NCBI GenBank assembly: GCA_965216465.1
Contig: CBDCFW010000006.1
Span: 128,001 to 192,000 of the forward strand
Length of the DNA stretch: 64,000 bases
Direction of reading: 5' to 3'
Source of the DNA: Bacteroidia bacterium
GTDB lineage: Bacteria; Bacteroidota; Bacteroidia; NS11-12g; UBA9320
The translations under genes and the position numbers were made by a program. Below the pieces are notes generated by a model that saw nothing but the letters and a program-made list of their open reading frames with translations, made no database searches and was not told where the DNA came from. Below are positions 40,330 through 49,087 of the stretch, piece after piece; the stretch's first letter is position 1, and each line of letters begins with the position of its first letter.

Positions 40330-42252
40330 TTATCGCAGTATAACTGTTCCTTTTTGATCTGTGATTTTCTTTCTAATTCCTTGAAGTACAGCTTGTTGAC
40401 TTTGAATATCCATAACTTCTTCTTCAGTCTCGGCTGTCTTCAACTTTTCTTGGTTTTCGTTCATTAAGCTTACAATTTGCTTGAGCTTAAAGTAATTTAG
40501 ATTTTCAACAACCTGTCTTTTATAGTTTTCGTCGTCAGTCTTAATGAACTTTTCAAAGGTCTCTTCCCAACCTTTGCTCAACGTATACTTCTGTGAAACC
40601 ACATCAGCAGCTAAACGGTTGGTTTTAGGATTTCGAATAAAATATAACTCGTTTAATACTTGATGCTCTTCAAAATAGGTAAATGCATTTTTAAATATCT
40701 CTCCATATGCTTCAGAACTGGGCCAAATTTCGTCTATCTCAAACTCTTGGAATATGTATTCAGCTACCGTATTTTCTTCATCAAACTCTCTATCTGCAAA
40801 AAGTATTAATGACTTGAGCAATTCCAATTCTTGGTAATCCTCTTTGTCCTTTTCTTCAAATTCAGGTGTTTTAGGCTGTGAGAAATCTGGAATGTACTCA
40901 GGGACATCTCGCTTCTCTCGTTTTTGATTTCCGACCCTAAATTTATTAGTCTCTTCAACCAATATTCGTTCTTGTATCTCTAAAAGATTCGAGGTTTCTC
41001 CTATAAAAGCAGCTCGCTTTAGGGGGTCAGGAATTAAGCTGATATTCTCTGCAATTGTACGTGCTGCCTCTGCCTTCTTAATCGGATCAGATTTATGTTC
41101 TCCTAATTTGACATCAGCTATCAGCTCAACAAAATTTTTGCTTTGAGCATTGACATACTCCAAGAAACTTGTTTTACCATTCTTCTGAATAAAACTATCG
41201 GGATCTTCTCCTTCGGGGAAGAGTGCAGTTTTCACATTGAGATCCGCTTTAAGCAAGGTACCAACATGTTTAAGACTGGCATTAACCCCTGCTTCATCAC
41301 CATCAAACAGCATGGTGATATTGTGTGAAAATCGCTTTATTAATCGAGCTTGTTCTTCCGTAAACGCTGTTCCACTTGCTGCAACAACATTTTCTACTCC
41401 GCTTTGGTTAAGACTAACAACATCCATATAGCCCTCAACAAGGTACACTTGATCAGACTTCCGAATCTCATTCTTCCCTACACTTAATCCATATAACTCT
41501 TTGCGTTTTTCATAAACGACAGTTTCTGGACTATTTAAATACTTCGGTGCCTTTGTTTCTTTTTTAATGATTCGACCACCAAATCCGAGAACTTTTCCTG
41601 ACACATTGTAAATGGGGAAAACAATACGCTCTACAAAGGTGTCACGAAGATTGCTTTCAATAACTCCTTGATCCTCATCGATCTTTTTTACAAGACCGGC
41701 ATCGAATAATTGCTGAACCGTATAGCCATTTTTTAGCCCTTCTTGCAGGAGATGGTTTCGTGTTGTGCCACTTAGTCCAATGCTAAACTTATCAATCGTT
41801 TGCTGGTTTATTCCCCTTTCGAGCAAGTATGGCTTATAAATAACCTTTCCGTCTTTGCCCTCATTCAAACGACTAACAAAATGATTTTTCGCAAATTCGA
41901 GTGCAGCATACACACCATCCTTAATTCTTGCCTCTTCTGCCAATTCTTTAACATCGATTTGACCTTCTTCAATCTCGATATTGTACTTATCAGCTAAAAA
42001 TTTAATCGCTAAAGGATAGGATAATCCTTCATGTTCCATGATGAATTGAAAAACATTTCCTCCTTGTCCGCAGCTAAAACACTTAAAAATACCTTTGGCT
42101 GGCGAAACACTCATGCTTGGATGCTTGTCATCATGAAAAGGACACAACCCTTTGAAATTTGCACCTGCCTTTTTCAATGTAACGTACTCTCCTACCACTT
42201 CTTCGATAGGTGCAACATCAAATATTTTATCAATTACCGCAGGTGAAATCAT
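40330..42252 (-). CDS. dnaG: DNA primase
   Basis: CPFH zinc-binding domain with FKCFSCG, KYLNSPET, TOPRIM VEGYMDV and FDGDEAG. Confidence 0.97.
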   Translation of the reverse strand: MISPAVIDKIFDVAPIEEVVGEYVTLKKAGANFKGLCPFHDDKHPSMSVSPAKGIFKCFSCGQGGNVFQFIMEHEGLSYPLAIKFLADKYNIEIEEGQIDVKELAEEARIKDGVYAALEFAKNHFVSRLNEGKDGKVIYKPYLLERGINQQTIDKFSIGLSGTTRNHLLQEGLKNGYTVQQLFDAGLVKKIDEDQGVIESNLRDTFVERIVFPIYNVSGKVLGFGGRIIKKETKAPKYLNSPETVVYEKRKELYGLSVGKNEIRKSDQVYLVEGYMDVVSLNQSGVENVVAASGTAFTEEQARLIKRFSHNITMLFDGDEAGVNASLKHVGTLLKADLNVKTALFPEGEDPDSFIQKNGKTSFLEYVNAQSKNFVELIADVKLGEHKSDPIKKAEAARTIAENISLIPDPLKRAAFIGETSNLLEIQERILVEETNKFRVGNQKREKRDVPEYIPDFSQPKTPEFEEKDKEDYQELELLKSLILFADREFDEENTVAEYIFQEFEIDEIWPSSEAYGEIFKNAFTYFEEHQVLNELYFIRNPKTNRLAADVVSQKYTLSKGWEETFEKFIKTDDENYKRQVVENLNYFKLKQIVSLMNENQEKLKTAETEEEVMDIQSQQAVLQGIRKKITDQKGTVILR

Positions 42253-42297
42253 TAGAATATGCGAAGAAAATAAATAGAAGCCTAAAACCTTAAATTT

Positions 42298-42780
42298 GTG
42301 GAGAAATCAACTGATTTGAAGACTTGGATAGAGCATAGCGAAGGATTTATCAATATTGATAAAGAGTTTATGTATTTCACCAACTCTGGAAACTGGGCAG
42401 ATGCTCATCAACAGAAAGAGTACGATGGAGCTACCAATTTTAGGCCGTTAATTTTCTACACCATAATTGTAATATTCTTCTACATAGGTTCCGGAATTGC
42501 ATTTACACCAGGCAATGTTACATTACTAGGAATTATTGGACTTGGTATTGGTTTGTACAACTTTAAGCAAGAGCAGGGGAAGTATATGCACAACACATTT
42601 AAAGTTCGTCATGAGAACATAAAATCAATATCTATCGATAGTAATCAAATGTCAATCATATTCAAGTACGGCAAAAACAGACAGGCATCAATGGACTTTA
42701 AAAAACTTGATGGATCCAAAATACAAGAACTCAAAGAAGTTTCTCAGCGAATAAATCCATCTTCTCTTATCATCAATTAA
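42298..42780 (+). CDS. Hypothetical membrane protein
   Basis: Two TM segments. The true start may be TTG 42316, since GTG 42298 overlaps a TAAATTTG box. Confidence 0.55.
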   Translation: MEKSTDLKTWIEHSEGFINIDKEFMYFTNSGNWADAHQQKEYDGATNFRPLIFYTIIVIFFYIGSGIAFTPGNVTLLGIIGLGIGLYNFKQEQGKYMHNTFKVRHENIKSISIDSNQMSIIFKYGKNRQASMDFKKLDGSKIQELKEVSQRINPSSLIIN

Positions 42781-42801
42781 TGATGACTTACTTTTGCGTC
42801 A

Positions 42802-43989
42802 ATGAATCTTACCGATAAGATAAAGTCAATGGCAGATTCCATATTTAACAATATGGTGAGCACACGAAGGCATTTGCACCAAAATCCAGAATTGTCTTTT
42901 CAAGAATTCGAGACTACTAAGTTCATCTCCGAACGTCTTGCAGAGCAAGGTTACGACCTAAAAAAGATTACGGAAACAGGGGGTTACATTGATATTAAGG
43001 GAAAGAATCCAGAGAAGAAGATAATAGCACTGCGTGGAGACATCGACGCCTTGCCTATTCATGAACTTAACAATACAGAATACGTCTCTAAAAATGAAGG
43101 CGTAATGCATGCGTGTGGGCATGATGTACATACCACTTGTGTGCTCGGTGCGTTTCAGATTCTAGATCAACTAAAAGATGAGTTTGAAGGTACAATTAGG
43201 TGCATTTTTCAACCTGGAGAAGAACGCTTACCTGGTGGTGCAAGCATTATGATCAAGGAAGGCGTATTAAAAAATCCAACCGTTGAAAAGATCTATGGAC
43301 AACATGTAATGCCACTCGTTGATGCCGGGAAAGTAGGTTTCAAGTCAGGTCAGTATATGGCCAGTGCCGACGAAATTTACATCACGGTTAAAGGAAAAGG
43401 TGGTCATGGTGCACACCCACATATGAATATTGACCCCGTTGTAATTGCAGCTCAAATTATCACACAGCTTCAAACTGTGGTCAGTAGAAGTGCCAAACCC
43501 AGTATACCTAGCGTTTTAAGCATTGGAAAGGTTATTGCTGAAGGTGCTACCAATGTGATTCCGAATGAAGTTTACATGGAAGGTACATTCCGCACCTACG
43601 ACGAAGAATGGAGAATGAAGGCTCACGCCATGATTGAAAAAATCTGTAGTGAGATTAGTGAACTTCATGGTGCTAAATGTGATGTTGAAGTTAAAAAAGG
43701 CTATCCTTTTTTAAACAATGATGAAGAACTTACAGATCAAGCTCGACAATGGGCTGTTCAATACTTAGGCAAAGACAATGTGGTTGACCTTGAAATTTGG
43801 CCAGCTGGAGAAGACTTTGCATACTATTCTCAAGAAATCCCTGCTTGTTTCTACCGCCTCGGCGTAAGAAATGATGAATTGGGAATAAATTCCATGGTTC
43901 ATACCCCAACTTTTGATATCGACGAACAGGCGTTAAAGGTGGGTGCAGGATTAATGGCCTACCTAGCCATTAATCAACTCAATGCATAA
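42802..43989 (+). CDS. M20 family amidohydrolase
   Basis: RRHLHQNPELSFQE, LRGDIDALP, MHACGHD, FQPGEE, GEDF. Confidence 0.92.
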   Translation: MNLTDKIKSMADSIFNNMVSTRRHLHQNPELSFQEFETTKFISERLAEQGYDLKKITETGGYIDIKGKNPEKKIIALRGDIDALPIHELNNTEYVSKNEGVMHACGHDVHTTCVLGAFQILDQLKDEFEGTIRCIFQPGEERLPGGASIMIKEGVLKNPTVEKIYGQHVMPLVDAGKVGFKSGQYMASADEIYITVKGKGGHGAHPHMNIDPVVIAAQIITQLQTVVSRSAKPSIPSVLSIGKVIAEGATNVIPNEVYMEGTFRTYDEEWRMKAHAMIEKICSEISELHGAKCDVEVKKGYPFLNNDEELTDQARQWAVQYLGKDNVVDLEIWPAGEDFAYYSQEIPACFYRLGVRNDELGINSMVHTPTFDIDEQALKVGAGLMAYLAINQLNA

Positions 43990-44344
43990 AATTCAGCTCG
44001 GAAAAGAAGGAGAAGAATTAGCCGCCGCTCATCTTAAAAAACAAGGATATGCCATCCTAAAAATGAATTATCGCTATGGCCGATCTGAGATCGACATAGT
44101 TGCAAAACAAGGAGAAATCATAGTCTTTGTAGAAGTAAAAACTCGATTGTCAACGCAATACGGACTACCCGAAGAATCCGTTTCGACTAGTAAAATCAAG
44201 CAGATTGCTTATGGTGCAGAAGGCTACTTAGTTGAGAATAACCTAAATTTGGAATGTCGCTACGATATAATTTCAGTGGTGATGAAGAATGGCCGTTTTG
44301 AGCTTACTCATCTTGAAGATGCTTTTTGGCCTGGATTGTATTAA
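43982..44344 (+). CDS. YraN family (UPF0102) putative endonuclease
   Basis: LGKEGEELA, EIDIVA, FVEVKTR, RYDII, EDAF. Confidence 0.9.
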   Translation: MHKIQLGKEGEELAAAHLKKQGYAILKMNYRYGRSEIDIVAKQGEIIVFVEVKTRLSTQYGLPEESVSTSKIKQIAYGAEGYLVENNLNLECRYDIISVVMKNGRFELTHLEDAFWPGLY

Positions 44345-44502
44345 TGATGAACAAGCTTATACTTTTTGTTGGTGGACAGAAGCTTCCTGCTCTCAGTGAG
44401 ACAGTTGGTCCTTTAATTCTGTTCCTTGCCCAAGCCGCAATATTAATTGCCTTCTTAGTGGCTATATATTTTGTTACTCGGCGCAGACGGAGTAACAACT
44501 AA
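44344..44502 (+). CDS. Small single-pass membrane peptide (52 aa), absent from the ORF track
   Basis: ATG overlaps the yraN stop (TAATG). Sequence MMNKLILFVGGQKLPALSETVGPLILFLAQAAILIAFLVAIYFVTRRRRSNN fills the intergenic gap. Confidence 0.6.
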   Translation: MMNKLILFVGGQKLPALSETVGPLILFLAQAAILIAFLVAIYFVTRRRRSNN

Positions 44503-44538
44503 TTTGTCAGGAATTATACATCCATCGTTTTTATAGCC

Positions 44539-44922
44539 ATGAAAAAGTACATTTTACCCGCTCTTCGATTTATAGCCGCACTTATCTTAGTTCAATCGCT
44601 ATTCTTTAAATTTTCTGGTGCCGAAGAAAGTGTATACATCTTCACCACATTAGGCCTTGAACCTGTAGGAAGAATTGGGATAGGCATCGCCGAACTGATT
44701 GCTGCTACTCTTCTTCTTATACCAAAGACCATTTGGCTAGGGGCCGGATTGACAGTAGGTGTTATTTCAGGAGCAATTTTCTCCCACTTAACTACATTAG
44801 GCATTGAGGTAAAGGATGATGGAGGTTACTTATTCATGCTCGCTTTAATTACTTTTATTAGTGCCGCAATAGTGCTTTGGAATTATCGCAAAGACATCCC
44901 AATAATTGGGTCGAAATTATAA
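44539..44922 (+). CDS. DoxX family membrane protein
   Basis: ILVQSLFFKFSGAEES..IF, GRIGIGIAEL, GAIFSHLT.LGI. Confidence 0.85.
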   Translation: MKKYILPALRFIAALILVQSLFFKFSGAEESVYIFTTLGLEPVGRIGIGIAELIAATLLLIPKTIWLGAGLTVGVISGAIFSHLTTLGIEVKDDGGYLFMLALITFISAAIVLWNYRKDIPIIGSKL

Positions 44923-45010
44923 TCATTCTATTCTTGTTAACAACCCGGTTGTTTTATTAACAATGGGGCTTTGAGCCTGCTTCTTTGCGGATATTTGCAG
45001 TTCACATTCA

Positions 45011-46267
45011 ATGAATTACAAAGATCTGCGTCCCGAAAGTTTAATGATGTCTTATGGCTATAAGCCTGAGTTATCTGAGGGTTCGATTAAGTGCCCTATT
45101 TTTCAAACTTCAACCTTCGTTTTCAAAACCGCCGAAGAAGGAAAAGCATTTTTTGAAGTAGCTTATGGTCTAAGAGAAAAAGACCCAAAAGAAGAACTAG
45201 GACTAATATATAGTCGCTTAAACAATCCAGATCTCGAAATTTTGGAAAATCGATTGACCTTATGGGATAAAGCAGAAGATTGTGCAGTTTTTGAAAGTGG
45301 CATGTCTGCAATTTCAACTGTTTTTCTTGAATTCTTAAAACCCGGAGACTTATTAGTATACAGTTCTCCTACCTATGGAGGTACCGACCACTTCATAAAC
45401 CATGTGCTGACCAGCTTTGGAATTCATGTTTTAGGCTTTAAGGCAGGCCAATCGAAGAAGGAGGTAAAAGAATTAATCGACCAATCTGGTCATGCTGATA
45501 GACTTGCATTGATGTATGTCGAAACTCCAGCAAATCCAACCAATGCACTAATTGATATAGAAGCTTGCAAGGATGTTGCTCGATCGTATTCAACCGCTGA
45601 CAAAGAGGTTTATCTGGCTGTTGATAACACCTATATGGGACCACTTTGGTCTCACCCATTAGAGCATGGAGCGGATCTTGTGGTTTACTCTGCTACCAAG
45701 TATATTGGAGGCCATAGCGACGTCATTGCCGGTGCATGTTTAGGAAATTCCGCTCTACTGGCTAGAGTGAAAGCTCTAAGAACTTTTTTAGGAAATATGG
45801 CTGGTCCATGGACCGGATGGCTGCTCATGCGAAGCTTAGAGACTTTAAAAGTACGTATGGAGACTCAAGCAGCTAATGCGGTAAAAATTGCAGATTTCTT
45901 GAAAGAACATCCAAAGGTTGAAAGAGTATATTACCTCGGATTTGTGAATGAAGAAGATGATCCAGAAGCTTATCGAATTTTCAAGAAACAGTATTCAAGT
46001 ACAGGGGCTATGATCGCATTTGATATTGCTGGTGGAGAAGCTGAAGCTTTCAAATTCTTAAACAGTCTAAAACTCATGAAGCTCGCTGTTAGCTTAGGGA
46101 GCACAGAAAGTTTGGCAGAACACCCAGCTACAATGACTCACGCAGACGTGTCTTCTGAAGACAAAGAACAGATGTTTATCACCGAAAAACTTGTACGTCT
46201 CTCAATTGGAGTTGAGAACTACCTTGATTTGATTTGGGATTTAGAGCAGGCCTTAGATCAAGTTTAG
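45011..46267 (+). CDS. Cystathionine gamma-synthase / methionine gamma-lyase family PLP enzyme
   Basis: PIFQTSTF, YSRLNNP, ETPANPT, VDNT, SATKYIGGHSD, AVSLG. Confidence 0.9.
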   Translation: MNYKDLRPESLMMSYGYKPELSEGSIKCPIFQTSTFVFKTAEEGKAFFEVAYGLREKDPKEELGLIYSRLNNPDLEILENRLTLWDKAEDCAVFESGMSAISTVFLEFLKPGDLLVYSSPTYGGTDHFINHVLTSFGIHVLGFKAGQSKKEVKELIDQSGHADRLALMYVETPANPTNALIDIEACKDVARSYSTADKEVYLAVDNTYMGPLWSHPLEHGADLVVYSATKYIGGHSDVIAGACLGNSALLARVKALRTFLGNMAGPWTGWLLMRSLETLKVRMETQAANAVKIADFLKEHPKVERVYYLGFVNEEDDPEAYRIFKKQYSSTGAMIAFDIAGGEAEAFKFLNSLKLMKLAVSLGSTESLAEHPATMTHADVSSEDKEQMFITEKLVRLSIGVENYLDLIWDLEQALDQV

Positions 46268-46743
46268 CCCAATTGGTGCTCTTTCTTGAGAAATTCTAAG
46301 AAGCCAGTGCAGCTTCTTTTAAGTGTTTCATAACAAACATCAAACCCATCCTCGTTTCCAAACCAAGGGTCAATCACATTTGAACCTGGGTTTAGCGTAT
46401 CAAATTCTCGCATCATATACAGTGAACTGTTAAAAGATGACACCAAGCTTAACGCATTGTGCTTATTGCTATCGTCCATAACCACGATGTAATCAAACTC
46501 TTCAAAATGATATGCTTTTAATTGCTGAGCTCGATGATTAATTGGCGTATTATTTTTTCTTGCAACAGCTACTGTTCTAGGGTCGGGGGCTTCGCCTATG
46601 TGATAGGCAGCGGTTCCGCTACTTTCAACATGAAACTTATCTCTAAGACCTGCATTAACTATCAATTCATTAAAAATTGCTTCTGCTAACGGAGACCTAC
46701 AAATGTTTCCAAGACATACAAACATCACCCCAATTCTTTCCAT
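46264..46743 (-). CDS. Low-molecular-weight protein-tyrosine phosphatase
   Basis: FVCLGNICRSP signature, DPW. Confidence 0.93.
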   Translation of the reverse strand: MERIGVMFVCLGNICRSPLAEAIFNELIVNAGLRDKFHVESSGTAAYHIGEAPDPRTVAVARKNNTPINHRAQQLKAYHFEEFDYIVVMDDSNKHNALSLVSSFNSSLYMMREFDTLNPGSNVIDPWFGNEDGFDVCYETLKRSCTGFLEFLKKEHQLG

Positions 46744-46780
46744 AGCACGAATATAGCAAAGTGATTATTTATACCGACTC

Positions 46781-46805
46781 AAAAAAAAGAGCTAAATTGC
46801 TCTTT
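46781..46805 (-). terminator. Orphan intrinsic terminator
   Basis: On the - strand: AAAGAGC-AATTTA-GCTC followed by T8. Confidence 0.5.
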
Positions 46806-46932
46806 GTCTGCACCTTACAACCAAAACATTTCTTATATACTTCGAAAACTGGGTTTGTAATAAAAAAAACTTCAGCGGATACTTGACATTACCGTCTAAT
46901 GTTTGATTTTTGCAGCAGTAAACAAGTAATCC

Positions 46933-47277
46933 ATGGAAAATATATTAATTGTATTAGGTATTTTAATTTTAGGTTCTGCAATCGGAGGTACTCAACTTCC
47001 TAAGTTACCAGGTGCTATCTTATCGTTAGGTGCACTTGTTCTAGCATTTTTCAATGGACATGCTCGCGAAAACATGATGAGCACCATGTTTATCATTCCT
47101 TTGTTATTTGTAGTTGTAGGTGTTGCTACCTACTTCGCAGAAAAGAAACTTGTTACAGAAGGAGCAAACGCAAGCAACATGACCAAATTATTGGGAGGAT
47201 CCATCTTCCAAGTAATTTTCATCGTTACATTAACGTTTTACTTCGTTTCTACTTTCTACTGGCCGTTTTTCAGCTAA
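46933..47277 (+). CDS. Small membrane protein, divergent DUF456-like
   Basis: N-terminus MENILIVLG...LPKLPG parallels the neighbouring DUF456 protein. Confidence 0.55.
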   Translation: MENILIVLGILILGSAIGGTQLPKLPGAILSLGALVLAFFNGHARENMMSTMFIIPLLFVVVGVATYFAEKKLVTEGANASNMTKLLGGSIFQVIFIVTLTFYFVSTFYWPFFS

Positions 47278-47339
47278 AAACTGGCTTAATTTATCGTTCA
47301 CATCCTGACCATTTTAGCAAACTGTAGTAGGTTTGTTAT

Positions 47340-47849
47340 ATGGAAATTGCTTTAATAGTTGTTGGCATAATTCTTCTATTAGTTGGAATTGCTGGCAGCA
47401 TACTTCCTGGTCTCCCAGGACCACCAATAGCATTTGTAGCTCTTTTAATTCTCTTAATGCACGATAGTGCAAGTGCATCAATGGCCAATGGAAATTATGC
47501 TTGGTTAATCACCTATGGACTGATTACTGTCTTTATTACCATTATTGATTACTACATGCCCATCTGGGGAACCAAAAAATTTGGTGGAACTCGAGCTGGG
47601 AGCAGAGGCAGCACTATTGGTCTTATCCTAGGATTGGTGTTAACATTTGTTGTGCCTGGATTAGGGGCCATTGCTCTTTTGGCCGGACCCGCCGTAGGTG
47701 CTTATGTCGGTGAAAAGAATGCTGGTCAGGATAACAAAACAGCAATTCAATCCGCTAAAGGGTCTTTTTTAGGCTTTATAGCAGGGACTTTTATGAAAGT
47801 TGTTGTGGTGATTGCAATGGCAATTTACTTCACTCGATTAGTCATCTAG
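47340..47849 (+). CDS. DUF456 family membrane protein
   Basis: LPGLPGPP, KKFGGTRAG, GPAVGAYVGE. Confidence 0.85.
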   Translation: MEIALIVVGIILLLVGIAGSILPGLPGPPIAFVALLILLMHDSASASMANGNYAWLITYGLITVFITIIDYYMPIWGTKKFGGTRAGSRGSTIGLILGLVLTFVVPGLGAIALLAGPAVGAYVGEKNAGQDNKTAIQSAKGSFLGFIAGTFMKVVVVIAMAIYFTRLVI

Positions 47850-49034
47850 CTTAACCATCTCAGCAATTGTTTTGCCAATGCTCAACGAGGATGTCGCCGC
47901 TGGAGATGGTGCATTGATTACATGAATAGCTCGTTTTTCAGTCACCAATTTGAAATCATCAAGTAATCCACCTGTACGATCACATGCTTGAGCACGTACT
48001 CCTGCAGGAGCAGGCACAAGATGCTCTTCTCTTATCTCAGGAATTAAACGTTGCAATGCCTTGGTAAATGCTTTCTTTGAAAATGAGCGATACATTTCAC
48101 CAAGACCGGTTTTCCAATATTTTCGAGCTACCTTTCTAAAGCCTTTCCACATCAAAGTGCCTAACAACTCTTTAAAATCAAAATCTGTTCTGTGGTAACC
48201 TTCTTTTCTAAATGCTAAAACAGCGTTAGGACCTGCCTCAATTCCACCTTGAATCATTCGTGTAAAATGAACTCCAAGAAATGGAAATGCTGGATCTGGA
48301 ACTGGATATATTAGGTGCTTTACCAAGTGTTCAGCTTCAGTGGTCAACTCATAATACTCTCCCCTAAATGGTATAATCTTAGTGTCAATCTTGCCAAGGT
48401 GCATTTTAGCCACTTCATCTGAATAGAGGCCTGCACAATTGATTACTACTTTACATTCAACAAAGTTCTTATTCGTAACGATTTGAACTTCATCAGACTT
48501 TTCTTCTATTGATTTCACCAAGGTGTTTAGCAAAATCTCTCCTCCACTTTGCGTTATGAGTTCAACTAGTTTAGCACAAACCTCTTTATAACTTATAATC
48601 CCAGTTTGAGGAACACGAATACCTTTTATTCCGTTAATATGAGGTTCAATCACTTTAAGGGCTTCAGTTTCGAGCCACTCCAACCCTTCTAGTCCATTTT
48701 CTCGGCCTCGATCAAAGAGGGTTCGTAGTCTACCGAGTTCTGACTCATCAGTAGCAACAACTACCTTTCCGCATAAATCGTATTTAATTTTATACTCGTC
48801 ACAAAAAGCTAGCAACATGTGGTAGCCATCTATACAATTTTTAGCTTTTAAGCTTCCCGGTTTATAATAAAGTCCAGAGTGAATTACACCGCTGTTATTC
48901 CCCGTTTGATGGTGAGCTATTTCTGACTCCTTTTCAAGAACAACAATTTTCTTGCCTTCAAACTTTTTACTTAAATGGTAAGCGGTAGCGAGGCCAACTA
49001 TTCCTCCTCCAACAATAGCAATATCTGCTTTCAT
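47838..49034 (-). CDS. lhgO: L-2-hydroxyglutarate oxidase/dehydrogenase
   Basis: GGGIVGLATA, HQTGNNSGVIHSGLYY, IYPVPDPAFPFLGVHFT, NAPSPAATSSL. Confidence 0.9.
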   Translation of the reverse strand: MKADIAIVGGGIVGLATAYHLSKKFEGKKIVVLEKESEIAHHQTGNNSGVIHSGLYYKPGSLKAKNCIDGYHMLLAFCDEYKIKYDLCGKVVVATDESELGRLRTLFDRGRENGLEGLEWLETEALKVIEPHINGIKGIRVPQTGIISYKEVCAKLVELITQSGGEILLNTLVKSIEEKSDEVQIVTNKNFVECKVVINCAGLYSDEVAKMHLGKIDTKIIPFRGEYYELTTEAEHLVKHLIYPVPDPAFPFLGVHFTRMIQGGIEAGPNAVLAFRKEGYHRTDFDFKELLGTLMWKGFRKVARKYWKTGLGEMYRSFSKKAFTKALQRLIPEIREEHLVPAPAGVRAQACDRTGGLLDDFKLVTEKRAIHVINAPSPAATSSLSIGKTIAEMVKLDD

Positions 49035-49087
49035 GAATACGACGAAGGTAGCATATCCGTTAAAAAGTAAAAGATTTAGGAAGCATT

